From Rotaria socialis (taxonomy: Eukaryota), in NCBI GenBank assembly GCA_905331295.1, contig CAJNYD010000077.1, positions 1-64,000 of the forward strand: DNA of 64,000 nucleotides, in the 5' to 3' direction. Each line of letters begins with the position of its first letter. The first letter of the stretch is position 1. Positions 39,012 to 53,379 of the stretch are shown one piece after another. The notes under the pieces are model-generated. The model saw only the letters and a program-made list of their open reading frames with translations. It made no database searches and had not been told where the DNA came from. The position numbers and the translations under genes are program-made.

Positions 39012-42000
39012 CTACGAATGTGGACGGAAAAACACTCGTTTCACACGATTAGCTAATGATGATTTTATTTTTGTTGATTTCTAAATATTAAAAACTGAAT
39101 TTTATTATAGCAATTCTAAAATGAAAATAATACCTTATCAATGTTTGTTGGTTGTTCAGTACAATTATTTTTAGTAATCGTAGTAGTAATAGTAGTATTT
39201 GTATTGTTTGGAATATTTTTCAGTTCATTTGCTAATCCAGTTGTACTATATGATTTACGTCGACGTGATGAACTCATTGTAGTTTCATTTTCATGATTTA
39301 TTATCGAAGCTGAAAGCGTTCGAAATAAACGAGATTGTCTTTTTGAATCTGTTTCTATTTCTTCTTCTTCGTCTTCTTCAGATGAATTATGATTATTTGA
39401 AAATGAAAAACGAAAACGAGACCGACGACGTGTAGAAGATTTTTGTTTATTATTATTATTATTCTGATTATTTGGTTGATTTGATTCATCAGTTTCCATC
39501 ATGTCAACAACAGATTGTTGTTCTTTAGTATTATTACGAAAACATTGTTCAACTTTTCGAGCTAAATCATCATCAAATGTTGATATTTTATTTGTTTGCT
39601 GAGTTAAAGACGAAAATTCTTGATCATCATCTTCACTATTTGTAGAAGGAACTGGAAGAATTTCAAGTTGACTTTTTAAACAAGGTGCTGTATTATTTTC
39701 TTTTTGTTGATTGATTTTTATTATTTTACGACGCGGTGTATCATCGAGCATTTCAGTTATATCATCTGATGCAGGCCTTTTGGGAGTCTAAATCAATATC
39801 ATTGAATTAATTTCAAAATATGTCAATATATAAAGAAGAAGAAAATGAATAGCTAGATTTAAATGTTGAATATATTCTTTCTAGAACTATTTTCTATGAA
39901 TGAAAAAAAATGATCTATTTTTTATTCGTAGACATCGAAAGTATGAAATTTATATTTAAATTTTGTGCTCAAGACTACATTACAAATCTGCAAAGAAAGA
40001 ATCAATACTCATACAAAACCCTTTTCGTATCCTTTTTTAGTCTTGGTTCATTGATATAAGGACTTTCATTCGGTTTTTTGCTTTATGAGCATATAATTCT
40101 AGATACCTTGAATGATAGAATAATCAGCTAGAATTTTGTCTATAGACGAGTTTCATAGTCATTAGTAACATGCTAGAATTGTAATCAGAACAACTACATC
40201 GTTATTAAGATCTACAAATTAGAATTTAAAATATGTATTTTTCAAAACAACGATATTTTAATGATAAGTTAATACCTCAATGGGTATTCATTTGTCTAAA
40301 CTCAAACTATAAGATAATTTTTCGTCATTATCAAGTCGATCTTTTAGTTGAAAGTTTAATCATTCGAGTAGCATCGTATTGCCAATTTATGATCAATGAA
40401 CACATATTTTGCTTTAGAATTCGATAGAATATTATCTTCATGATTAAAAATAAAAAATTAATTTATGCCCATTAACATAAAAAAGAATTAACATGGAAAT
40501 GAAAAAAAATAGTATTCAAAATTCTTCTAGCTGTTCAATTCTCATCATTGAGAAATATTCTCGGTAGACAAAAAAAACGACACTTACTCGTACAGGTGTC
40601 GATCCATTAGATATTGGTGCAAGAATATGTTCTTTGCGTTGTCCAACACGTTTAGGTCTTTGCGGCGTTTCACCTGTAATCATAGGTGATGCTTGATCTA
40701 CTTCGATTGTACCATCCGTACATAGTGAATCTAGACGAAAGCGAAAGAAAATGAATTCCTGAAATAACTCAGTAATAAACAACAAAACTCACATGTTGAC
40801 GAAGACATTTGTTTTTTCTTATTCAAAATACATTCACTAAATGGTGGTCCCGGTGGATCGAGCATAACTGTAATACAAGTTATATTATCAGCACGTAACA
40901 TTCTTTCTTTCCATGAAACTAATGCTTTTTGTACAAGTTCATGTGATGGATTACGAAATGGACGATCATCATCATCCTATTTAAATAGTCGTTTGATCGA
41001 AAGAAAAAATTTTGATCTACAAACCTCAGAATTCAAAATCATTTGTTCGGTTTTAACATCACAATTTCTGACAATTTCCACTGCTACTTCTGGTGTTATC
41101 ATATTCCAAAGTCCATCACTAGCTAATATTAAACATCGATGTTTATTTGGGTCAATTTCAATAACTGTTAATTCAGGTTCCGGTGACACAGAATAAAGAT
41201 TTGTATGTTTATTTAAACTCCATAAATCTCCTAATGCGCGTGATATAGCTAAAAATGGTATTTGTTCATATTCATATGCTGTTTTAACATGTTCGTTGCG
41301 ATAATAATTTGATGATGTAACTGACTTTTGTCTATTCCAAACAACTCGATGAACACCAGCTTTACAAAGAACGTTTCCACCACTTTCACGTATACGCTTT
41401 AATTCAAGTGGATCCTCTGGTTTATGATCACGTGTTATACGATTTGCTTTCCAACATTTATATAGTGCTGCACCTTCACCTATAACAATCGATGAATCTC
41501 CAACGTGTCCAATATATAATTTATTTCCACGTACAAATACAACACTTGCTGTGCAACCTATATTAAACAAATAGATATAGATATTGTTTGTTTTCTTTTT
41601 TTTCATTTCAATAAAATATTCCTGGTCTAACCTGAAGTGCTTGTTAAACCAGATGATGTTTTTGTCCATTTTTCAACATGATTCCACATATCATTGTGAC
41701 ATGAAAGAAAACCTTTTCGAATAGCTGATAGTATTTGTTTATCATTGGAATTTTCTGACCAAAAATCATCTTGTTCAAGAATATGTTGACATAAGTTTTG
41801 ACGAGCAAATTCAGCAGCTTCTTTTCCACCGTGACCATCAAATATGCCGAAATAAGCTAATGATATTGGACTTTCTTTATCTAATGGATTTAAACGTTGA
41901 AGAGCAATAGCATATGTGTCCTCTAAAAAACAAAATTTTCATGCCGTTTAGATATAAAAGTTTTTGATTTACCCATATATTTTCGGCCACCTATTAAAAC

Positions 42001-42100
42001 CAGAAAAAAATCAATATTACAACAGAAATATTATTGTATGATATTTACCTTGATTACTATTTGTAGTAATCCGCAAATTCACTTGAACGCAATCACTCAT
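39012..42100 (-). CDS. PPM1D: PP2C phosphatase Wip1, multi-exon
   Basis: NQ|GGRKYM|ED, GIFDGHGG, GCTAS, HVGDS, DHKP, RVVWNR, IPFLAISRALGDLWS, ILASDGLWN, RMLRADN, then a long low-complexity C-terminal tail. Confidence 0.92.
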
Positions 42101-43412
42101 CTTGGTCGTTGTGTTGTATTTTGAGTGAATGAATGATCAATTTCACACAAATATCGTAGAACAGTCAATAACCAATCCGAACAAAGCAAGTTTTCCTTCA
42201 CTATTTCGATTCTATATTTTCATTGGATAATTAAGTGACTAATACAATTACTTCTCATTCTTATAGAAATACCAACGCGAAATCAACCTACTAAAATTAA
42301 AATCTACCTTGTATAAAATTGATAATCGAAAGAAACACTAGCACGTGAAAAATCAAGAGTAGTCATTTTTATAATATTTTTATAGCAGTAAACTTTAAAT
42401 TATTTTTACTTGATTCAGCTTGTTGCATAGAGATTAAGATCATACAAAATTTCGTTATTTAAAGTAATATAGTTCTTGTTCGGCATCTATATTTGAACGA
42501 ATTCTTTGTTATCTAATAATTCATTGATATATAATAGAGACTGACACAATATTTATAGCAATACTATATTGATTGCCACTCAGAAAAGAGACTTGACATG
42601 AATAGCTTGAATTCAATTTAACTAATTACTATTTTATCTGCTTGATGGATTTTTGTTTTATTGATTATGAAGCAAGGAGAATAATGTTCATCAATTTAAA
42701 AGAGCTCGTCAAAAATCATTAGTTCAAATAATAGACAACATAAACGACTTATTTGCTATTGTTTTGTGAATGAAAATATCGGTTAGAAGCACAAAACAAC
42801 TTGTAGTTTGCATCATTCGAAATTCATAAAGTTGCTTCATGTATGTATACGTGAAATTGTTCTTAATATTCTATTCATTTTTCTCATCACTTTATTTATA
42901 ATAAAAACAAGAAAATAACAAAAAAAAATGAATGTATTTCTATTGCAAGTTTTTTTAATTTTGATCTATACGAACTCTAAATACATTATCAGTTTATCCT
43001 TTGATAATAATTCTATATAGTTTTGAATATAGTTCGATGTTTTACTTTTGTGAAGATTATTTTCTTGATTTAGATTTCTTATTGAACAACAGTTATCTAT
43101 CAATACATATTGAACTAATCTCAAATTAATTATTCAATTAACTTTGAAGGAAATCAATTGATTTCTATATGAATAAATCTTGTTTTTCTTTCATTTAAAT
43201 TCATAGATAAGATTCGTTCATGAATATACGTATAACAATGATTATAGATGTTATCTAATAATCTATTGAATGTTGCTAATGTAGCACCTGATTTTTTGAA
43301 AAATTGCCTTTTCTCAGAATAATTCAGATTTAAAATTTAAAATGAAAGATGTAAAGCATAGCTACAGTTTAACTCCCTACATCAGATTCTCTTGATTTTC
43401 CAGTCATGTATA

Positions 43413-44293
43413 TGTTGTAGGCAAAATTGGAATTCAAGCAAATTCGGAATTTGCCTAGTCAAAATTAGAATTCTGATTCTGCCTAGGCAAAATCAAGATT
43501 CTAATTTTGACCGGATTTTTTTTCAGGCAGAATTGGAATTCTAATTCTGCCCGGGCAAAATTAGAATCGGGCTAGAGATAAATTCTTAATAAGAAAATAA
43601 TCAAAATTTAAGTGTTATAACTATATTTTATTCAACAAAATCTTTTTTTCTGAACATTTTACAATTAGAAGCCTAAACGCTTTACTCTATTCATCCATAT
43701 TTTTACAACAACCTCGTTTTGAATGACATTTTGTCAAACAAAAAACTCCATTTTTTTTACATGGACATTGTTTTGAAACGCATTTGCCTTTATAATCGCA
43801 AGTGCGACCACTTGTTGATGCACGATTTTCCCTTAGCTAATAATAAACATTTAACAATATCATCATAAACACATTGTTTTATAACACTTTTCGCTCGAAA
43901 TCTTTCACTCAAAGAATTATTATGTTTTTCTAATTCTTTATAATAAAGTGATTCCGCACTTTTCACTTCGACAGTTGTTGAATCCGATTGAGACATTTTC
44001 TATAAGATTGTGTGAAGCACGTATCTCTATATTTATACTGTTTATCGATACGTCAGGCTTTTATCACGATTTTCTCTTTTTTTCTCATCTACTGTACGTT
44101 TACTAAAACATGTGACTATATGAATTTATCTCTAGCTCGATTCTAATTTTGCCTAGGCAGAATTGGAATTCTGATTTTGCCCAAGAAAATGTTAGTCAGT
44201 ATTAGAATTCTAATTTTGTCTAGTCAAAATTAGAATTCCAATTTTGCCCGGGCAAATTCGGAATTTGCCTAGATTCCAATTTTGCCTACAACA
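43413..44293 (-). mobile_element. Internally deleted Ginger-like (integrase-type) DNA transposon, 881 bp
   Basis: TGT...ACA termini, TATA 4-bp TSD, ~170-bp imperfect TIRs made of ggcaaaatt(a/g)gaatt units. The interior has an ORF start (MSQSDS...) joined out of frame to a Cys-rich tail (CDYKGKCVSKQCPCKK..GVFCLTKCHSKRGCCKN). Confidence 0.75.
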
Positions 44294-45854
44294 TATATCT
44301 ATCTTACGTGTAATAAAATACCAATGAAAGACAAACAAAACAAAAACAACTGAAAGAAATATCAAAACTTTAATGGATAGCGCCATCGTTCTTCAGATTG
44401 TTCTATGTTGACATTGTGAAATAGCAAAAAACCAGTATATATTCTTGTTATTTTCATTTAAAATTTGTTCGGTCGGTAAATCAATTGTAATTATGCGATT
44501 GACAGAGGATATATCAATAGAGATGTTTGATGATTTTTGTACGTCTCATGGCCACATGTATTTCTGTGTACACACATTCGCGACAAAAAAGACGTGATGT
44601 ATAATCATATATATATAAATGAGAATATTATATAAAGATAGAGCAATAGCGTCTGATGAAAAGGGCCTGGCTTTTCAATGAAAAAAATATTCTCTATTCG
44701 ATCTATATTTTTGATGGAAAGAAAAACAGTTGAAACGTAAGCAAAAAAGTCGCACGGATGCAAGAAAATCATAAAATTAATGGTTATCATAGGTTGTCTA
44801 AGCTTCTCTGCTAAATATAGCTGACCGAAAAACTGAAAATGACGCCGATTCAATCTATTTATTAGGTCAAGCTTGTAACTTTCTTATACTGATCTTTGGT
44901 TCGAAAATAGTCAAAAAATCGCTTGCCTAGAGATCTCTAGTCAGGCACTACTACAATTCCAAGAAAGTATTCACAAACGCCAAAGAGATCCATTGTATGT
45001 TGAGAACACCTCGAGCTTTTCGAATGAACGATTAATGCAAAGACACAGAACAAGATGAAATAAAGATGTCAACAGCATGTACTCGTAACCAGATGAAGAG
45101 TTGAGCAGCTACAACTGCAAAACACATTCCCATCCGTTCTTCAAAAATCAATTTCAAAAATATCTCATGCAATAATAGTAGACTCAAAAACAAAAGTTGA
45201 GATGTTTCAAATTCGATATCATGGAAGAATAACAAAACTAAAACTTTCATATTACACGTAAATCAATGCTTAAGATCATCACTATTACTATAATACGACA
45301 GTAAAATAGCAGAAAAACAATTAGCCCATTGACTAATAAGTTACTGTAATCTGATAGGTTAGATTAATATTTTCTAGATTGATGAATCGAGTAAGATAAA
45401 TATTTTAGTAATAAAATTTATCATTTAGTCATTTAAATATCCAGACACAGCAGTTACAACAAGAAATGTGCATCTTTGTTAGGATACAAAATATTGTGTG
45501 TGCGTGACTTTGGTCTCTATTTATATTTCCGTCTATTGTCGATCGTTTCAAGTTCTTGGGAGATTATGTAAAAATGAGATATGTTTTTCAATCTGTAAGT
45601 TTGTTGAGATGAAACACTGGACAAGGCTTATATGTCATTTTCGCCGTGAATATAAATGAACAGAAAACGCAAATCCTTCTACTCATACCGTATGATCATA
45701 CTCCGAAAGTGTCGCTTAAAAGAGAAAATTCACTATATGGTTTTCTACTGATCAATATGGAATGAAAGTTTTTGTAATATAAATGTAGAAGGTTGTTATC
45801 GAAAAGTTCAGAGTCATACGTCGCTACTGCTTTCGCTTAGGGACGACGACAGCA

Positions 45855-45958
45855 TAAGGGTGACACCTTAACTTTATTTTAAAAGTTAAAGTTAACGTAA
45901 AACACTTTAAACTTTAATACTTTTTTTAGAGTGCTTTAAAGTTAAAGTGCCACCCCTA
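45855..45958. mobile_element. hAT MITE, 104 bp
   Basis: Perfect 8-bp TSD cgacagca (45847-45854, 45959-45966). 22-bp TIR with 3 mismatches. Confidence 0.88.
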
Positions 45959-46902
45959 CGACAGCATCGTTTAAAATGAAACTTTATTGATTTTGATAAT
46001 TAAAAAAAAATAAGATTTAATTCTTTTAAATCAAGACTAGATCGTTCAAAATTCAAAATTCAAAATCACTTAATCTCGAGTGAAAAAACTGATCATGTTT
46101 TGACAAAACCATCTGAGAATTGTGTTGCTTTTATTTTTATTTTCATTTTCAGTCAACTTGAAACATGAGGATCGATTTAGTTAAAAATTTTATACAAACA
46201 AAAGCTCTAGAAAAATCCAAATATCGATATTTTGTAATGAAAAAATTTATTTTGTAAAATTGCATATGGCTTCGTATCCCCAATTAAGTTCTATTAACAA
46301 TATTTAAATGCATAAAAAAATTTCAAAATCTGGCTTCTTGAAATAAATTATTTATTTTTAATTACAATAACCGGCATAAAAATACGTAATGTAGATATTG
46401 TTGTTTGTTGTATCGTGTATTGATTTAAAAAAATGATGTAAATTGTTTAGTTTCTATCATTTTCACATCGAAATTCTTCTGTTTAAGTTAACACATTGAT
46501 TGAAACTAACTAATCGTGGTGGTTAACGCCCCCTATAATAATTTTTATATGATGTCTAGTAAACACATAAACTAATAGCAAGGATATCTCGTGTGGTCTT
46601 TACGTATAAATACATGAAAACATATCATTCGATTTGTGGACCTTCAAAAACAATGAAAATGTTTTTTTCATTCATGACTCATCTATATCGAATAGAAAAT
46701 AAATCTAATCATGTGGATCAGTCGTTTAGTTTATTCTTTATACTTAGTTAGACTCTTCTAGCGTTCATATGCATAAAATTTATCTTCTATTTTGTTTTTT
46801 TTCCAAAACGTGTTGATTTGTGAATGAACAAACGATTTTATCTATGAAAATGAATTATATGTATTAAATTTTAGACACAAGTACAATATAAAACAAGTCA
46901 AA

Positions 46903-49900
46903 ATGGAGATCAATGATCAGAACCTTGAAGCACTTGCAAATTATTTACGCAAAACCTTATCTCCGAATGGTGACGAAAGAGCAGAAGGTAAAGTTTCATA
47001 TATAGTTGTTTATTTTTCTTTTCTGAACAATTTAATTTTGATTGATAGCTGAAAAAACTTTAAAACAAATTGAACGAAATGAAAACTATTCATCTTTACT
47101 ATTAACATTGTGTGAACGGTCAACAATTCCTGATGAAATTCGGCGTGCATCTGTAATAACATTTAAAAATTTTGTTAAACGTAATTGGCCATCACTTGAT
47201 GCATCATCATCAACAACAAATTCAATATCGATTCGTGATCGAAATCATATTAAAGAACATATTATTGATTTGATGACACGATCACCTGAACATATTCAAC
47301 AACAATTATCTGATGCCATTACCGTGATTGGTAAATGTGACTTTCCTGATCAATGGCCAACATTACTTGATACAATGGTTCGACAATTTCAACAGCCATC
47401 AACAGGAAATTCTTTTCAATCAATAAATGGAGTTTTAAAAACAGCACATTCACTTTTCGAACGATATAGATATGAGCAAAAATCAGATGAATTATGGTTA
47501 GAAATTAAATTAGTGCTCGAAAAATTTGCACCGGCTTTCACAGAATTATTTAAAGTAGAATTTGAACAAAATTATTTTCCTCAACTGATTTGATTTTTCT
47601 TCGAATATTTTAGTCCTTAGTGGCTTATTATCCACAAAAAATAGCCGATATAGTAGAAATGAAAAATATTTTTGATTCACTATATGTTTGTATCAAGATC
47701 TTTTATGATCTCAATGCTCAAGTAAAATTAATTTTTTTATTTTATGCTATTAAATAAAATTTACTTTCGATAGGAATTACCAGAGCATTTTGAAGATAAT
47801 TTAACACTTTACATGACACACTTCATGGCGTTACTTTCATTTGACCATCCAAATCTTCATTCTGATGTAGGAGTTGATTTTGTTTTTAATTGAATGCATA
47901 ACTTTATTTTGAAAACTATTTTAGAAACATGATCCTGGTATATTAGATAGAGTTAAGACAGAAATTTGTCGTGCTGTTGCTCTTTATGCTGATAATTATA
48001 GTGATGAATTTAAACCATTTGCACCGCAATTTGCTTTAGCAATTTGGTCTTTATTAACACGATTAAATCTTTCACCCAGTTTTGATGATGTAAAGTTTTA
48101 TTTAATTTTTCTTTGTACTCTAAAAAGTTTAGTGACAAGGATATTTGAATTCGTCATAAAAGACTTGAATGAAATTTATTTCTCTACTATTTTATCATTG
48201 TTAGACGTATGTTTATTTTCGATAAAAAAAAGTTGAATAATTTTCCGAATTAGAAAAACATGTGACTTTTCAATCTAGAAGACAAATTTGATGATCCGGG
48301 ATCGCTAAAAGTTTGGCTGGACTAGTTGAAACAATATGAGGACTTCTTTTCCAGTTTCAGATACAACGGTTTACTGAATTCTTGTTATCTAACTTCTAAA
48401 ATTTTACAATAAAAAATTAGCCGTATTTCTTCATTAAGTAGCATCTAAATGGCCCATTACATATTATAGTAAATAGTTCGTAAAGAAATCTTTTTCTAAA
48501 TGCAACAACTATTGAACAATTGCAAGAAGAAAGAATTATCATCACTACTTTTTTGATATTTCTAAAATATTGTAAAATGGTGATTATACTTTTGTCTTTT
48601 AGCTTGTGGGTACAGCCATGCAATTTTTATCAACATTAGCTGCTCGAAGTCATCATTGTAGTATGTTTGAAGGTGGTGACATATTGAAAATTGTGTGTGA
48701 ACAAGTTATTCTACCGAATTTATTTCTTCGAGGTTTTAATTTAGTTTAGTCTTTTTTGTCTTTTATTTCAAATGAATTTTCATTTAGAATCCGATATTGA
48801 AGAATTTGAAGATAATCCAGAAGAATATATTCGAAAAGATATTGAAAAATCTGGTAAGTATTGAATTAGTCATCGATGCTTAACAAATATGACGATAGAT
48901 CATGCATTTAGAAAAATCTTCTCGAGTTAATTCACGTAGAAATATAATTTTCATGACTCCTAATAATAATTTAAGTTATTTATTCGAACAATTCACGATA
49001 AGATCCCCTGTGTATTTCTTTCATCGCTAATTTGTTTTTATTGAAGACCTTGTAATCGAAAAATATTAATTTCACGTTTATATTTCTTAAAAAATTTCTA
49101 TAAGCATAAATAAATGATTTTTGTTTCTTGCTCTTTAGATTCGGCAACACGTCGTCGCGCTGCTTGCGATTTTCTTCAAGCACTTTGTATCTTTTTTGAA
49201 TCACAAGTTATTGCTCTTTACAGTCAATACATTGAAACTATGCAAAAAGTAAATTGTCGATGTTGTTTATTTTATTTATTGATAAATAATTTCTTTTAGG
49301 AATATTTACAAAATCCAACACTAAATTGGTCAAAAAAAGATACATGTATTTTTCTAGTCTTATCACTCGCTTCGAAAGGCGAAACACAAAAAGTTTGTTC
49401 GATCTTTTTTTATTTCATTCACGTTTTATTTTTTGGTTTTCAGTTGGGCATAACAAAAACAAGTTCATTTATTAGTATTCCAGTCTATTATTCTAATAGT
49501 GTATTACCAGAACTTCAAAGTCCAGACGGTAAAATTTCTTCAATTGTAGTAAAATTCTTATTTCATGTTTCATTTTTTAAAATCTTTTCTAGTGAATAGT
49601 CTTCCTTTAATAAAAGCTGATTGTTTAAAATTTTTAATTTATGTTCGAAATCAACTTGATCGTGATTCTTTAGTTAAATCCTTACCTGAATGTACTCGAT
49701 ATCTATCATCACAAAATGTTGTTGTACAAACTTACGCAGCACATGCTTTGGAACGTTTGCTACTTGTTCGGCATCCTGCTGATCAAAAACATACAGCGTA
49801 TAGATCATTATTTCTTTCATGCGTAATATTTTATTATTTTATTTTATCATTTAAGAATAACAAAGAATGATTTAATTCCATATGCACAGTCCATGTATGA

Positions 49901-52382
49901 TAAGTTATTTCAAATATTGACATCAGATAAATCATATGAAAATGAATATGTTATGCGGGCTGTTATGAGATTATCTTCATCACTTCATGAAGGAGTTTTA
50001 CCTTATTTAAGTCAATTAATGGATAAATTGGTTCTGATTTTACGACGATCAAGTCGAGTAAGTAAAAACTCTTTGAAACTTTTCAAGAAATTTCTAACGA
50101 TTTTTTTATTAATAAAAAATCTGAACAGATTAGTTTTTCTCGAGAGATGTGCAAAGAAGAAAAATTCTTTGTTCGTACAATAACAATCATCGATGAAGTT
50201 CGATTTGAAATGCCTTTTCGCATAGATTTTCCTAGTATTCTTACTTTTGTTGTTTATAAATTAAACGCTGAAATAAAAAGCAAGTTTTTGATCATTTTTC
50301 TCTGCCTGTACAATATTGATGATATATCGTGTCATGGTCAATGTTTTCAATAATATGGGAAACATCAATATTGAGCTTTATATCATCATCATTATAGAAG
50401 ATTGCAGAAACATTTCAAGAGTATTGGTGTATCGATAATGATTGATTTTGATTCTAAAAATCTCGATATATTAAATTGATATAATATGACATAAATTTCA
50501 TAACTAAATAGCCTGCTTCCGTTCGATTCACATATGATGCCGAAGAATACAATGATTTAGATTTTTTGAGACTATTCTCATTCTCTCTTATGGTACAAGC
50601 CATCAAGCTGATTTATAGGTTATTGGGTATGTTTTCATAAGAGAATATATAATAAATTCTTTTCTATACATACTATAACAGAAAATTATTTTATTATGTA
50701 TTATATTTGGACATCAATAAAGTGAAGATTCTGTACAAGAAGTTCTTTGTGTTTATCAACTCTTTAGTCTAAAGTTTATTTTTCTTTACTTACTTAAGTA
50801 AAGAAATCTGAACATAATTTTAAAATTTGATTAATACTGAAGATCTTTTTCCAAAGATATTATTTTTAATAAAAAAAGAACTCTGGAAAATTTCTCATTT
50901 AGAATCCTAGTAAGCCAAACTTTAATCATTATTTATTTGAAACAATAACTGTATTGATCCGTACAAGTGTCACACAAAACGTTGGTGTACTCAATCAATT
51001 TGAACAAATTCTTTTTCCAATATTTACGCCAATATTTACAGAAGATATTGCTGGTATAAATCAATTTTTCATTTCATTTTATTTTCTTTAAGAAATTTTA
51101 CTATTTAGAATTTGTTCCATATGTACTACAGATTCTTGGGTTTCTAATAGAATCTCATCCAACGGGATCAACATCGTTGCCTGAAGCGTATCGAATATTA
51201 TTTCAATTGATTCTTACACCTGCATTTTGGGATCGTAGTGGAAATATTCCAGCGTTATCAAGACTTTTACAAGCTTATATTGAGAAAGGTGGCGAAAATA
51301 TTGTATTGGAAAAATTAGTAAGAAAGATTTTATAAATTTTTTTCTTTATCGTGTAATGAAATTTTTAATAGACCGTAGTTCTTGGTATATTCCAACGTCT
51401 TGTTTCTCAATCAAAAGTTCATGATCACGAAGGATTTGCTATATTAAATTCGTTAGTTGTTCATTTACCACGGATACATTTAGAAAATTACTTAAAAGAT
51501 ATATTCGTCGTTATATTTACTCGTTTAACAAAAGCTAAAACACAAAAATTAATTAAATGCATTATTATTTTCTTTTGTTATTTTGTTGTTAAATACGGTG
51601 CACAAGAACTTATTACACAAGTTGATAATATTCAAGCGAAGTAAATTTTTTTTATTTAGATTATTTTTATTTTTACTTTAAATAAAACTCGCATTGTTTC
51701 TTCTTTTATTTTAGTATGTTCCAAATGGTAATTGACCGATTATTTTTACCTGAATTATCAAAAATCGATGAAAATGATAAAAAATTATGTGCAATCGGTG
51801 TAACACATTTATTATGTGATCCAATACCAATGATAAGTGGAGTCTATTTTGTACAGTTATGGTTACCATTATTACAATCATTACTTCAATTATTTGAATC
51901 TAGTAATGAATTACAAACAATGTCATATGCAGAGAAAAAGAAACAAGCACAAGAAGAAGCTGAAGAAGAGTTACTTGTTGGATTAGATGATACGCCAGGT
52001 AAGAAGAATGTAGTCTTCTATGCATAGAAAGGAAGAAAAAAACAACGTCATTCAATTGTGTCATATTTATCCCATATATATATTTTTATTTGTATTATTT
52101 AAGATTATACTCCAGCTTTTTCCTGTTTGGCTTTTGCTAAAAAGCCTCATATAGATATATTTAGTACAAGTATACCGGATGCTCGATGCCATCTAGCAAA
52201 ATGTTTACAAACATTAACTGCTTCTCATCCGAATCAAGTTTGTTTACTGGTTTTGTTATTGCTGAAAAACATTTTGTTCTTTTGTTTTTTAGTTTCTTAA
52301 CCTGATGAAAACTGGTTTATCAACGGAACATCTATCGCATATACAAAAATATTGTTCTTTGGCTAATGTTACACTTATATGA
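46903..52382 (+). CDS. CSE1L: Exportin-2 (CAS/Cse1), multi-exon
   Basis: MEINDQNLEALANYLRKTLSP, FKNFVKRNW, IQQQLSDAI..IG..DFP..WP, FEDNPEEYIRKDIE, TRRRAACDFL, ENEYVMRAVMR, NPSKPNFNHYLFE, GNIPAL. GT-AG introns. Confidence 0.95.
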
Positions 52383-52530
52383 TAATGATCAGATACTTTT
52401 CTTTATTTTTTTTTGCAAAATCTATTTTCTTTAGTGAGAAAAAACTGTACGAGAGAAAAAAAACGAATAAAAATTCATTGACGATGATTACATAAGAATA
52501 ACACTACAACTTTCTTTTCAAGATGAAATA

Positions 52531-53379
52531 ATGGCTGAGCGATCATCACCACAGTCCAGCACTGAGTCATTGAATAGCTCTCCGTTACCTAAATCACGTC
52601 AATCAAACTCAACGATTGACTCTCGTCGTTCATCGAGTAGTACACTATCTAGTATATCAAGTGACCGAAAACATAGTGGACTTTTTGATAAAATTGAAAC
52701 AAATTTTCAAAAAGTAAAACGACGATTTTCACATGCACCAAAACAATTATCTGAAAAAGAAATAGAAATATTATTGAAAACAACAAATTTCAGCAGTGAA
52801 GACATTGTAACATGGTAAACAAATAAGAATAAAAATAAAATTTTGGCATAATATAAATTTCGTCTTATTTTTTTAAGGCATGGAAAGTTTCTAAACGACT
52901 GTCCACATGGTTATATGACTCGAAAAGAATTTCTGAAAATCTATAAATCATTATGTCCAACAGGCAATGCTGACACTTTTGCTGGTCACATATTTCGTGC
53001 ATTTGATCTTGATAGATCAAATACAATTGAGTTCCGTGAATTTCTTATCGGTTTATCAATGACGTCATCAGCAAGTTCACCAACAACTAAGCTTGAGTGG
53101 ATATTTCACGTATTTGATATTGATGGAAATGGTTTATTAACACGAGATGAATGTTTAGAAGTTATCAATATTATTGTACGTTTTAATCAAAATCAATCAT
53201 CCGATCTGGAAAGTTCAGATCCAGAACAGCTAGTTGCTTCAGCTAAACATAGTATGATGCGAATGTTTGATAATATATCTAGTGACCGATGCAATACATT
53301 ATCAATGGCACAGTTTATAGAGGGATGCCAAAAGGATGAATTTATCTCACAATTATTAGCACCCAGCTCAGGGAATTGA
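52531..53379 (+). CDS. Neuronal calcium sensor family EF-hand protein; exons 52531-52814, 52878-53379
   Basis: TNFSSEDIVTW|HGKFLNDCPHG, FAGHIFRAFDLDRSNTIEFREF, KLEWIFHVFDIDGNGLLTRDE. It has a Ser-rich N-terminal extension. Confidence 0.9.

Noticed and set aside
43413..43585. CRISPR-like short repeats
   Set aside because: No unique spacers, eukaryotic context, and the repeats are mirrored at the other end as transposon TIR subunits.
44940..45270. Protein-like broken reading frame, possibly a retroelement relic
   Set aside because: No recognisable motif.
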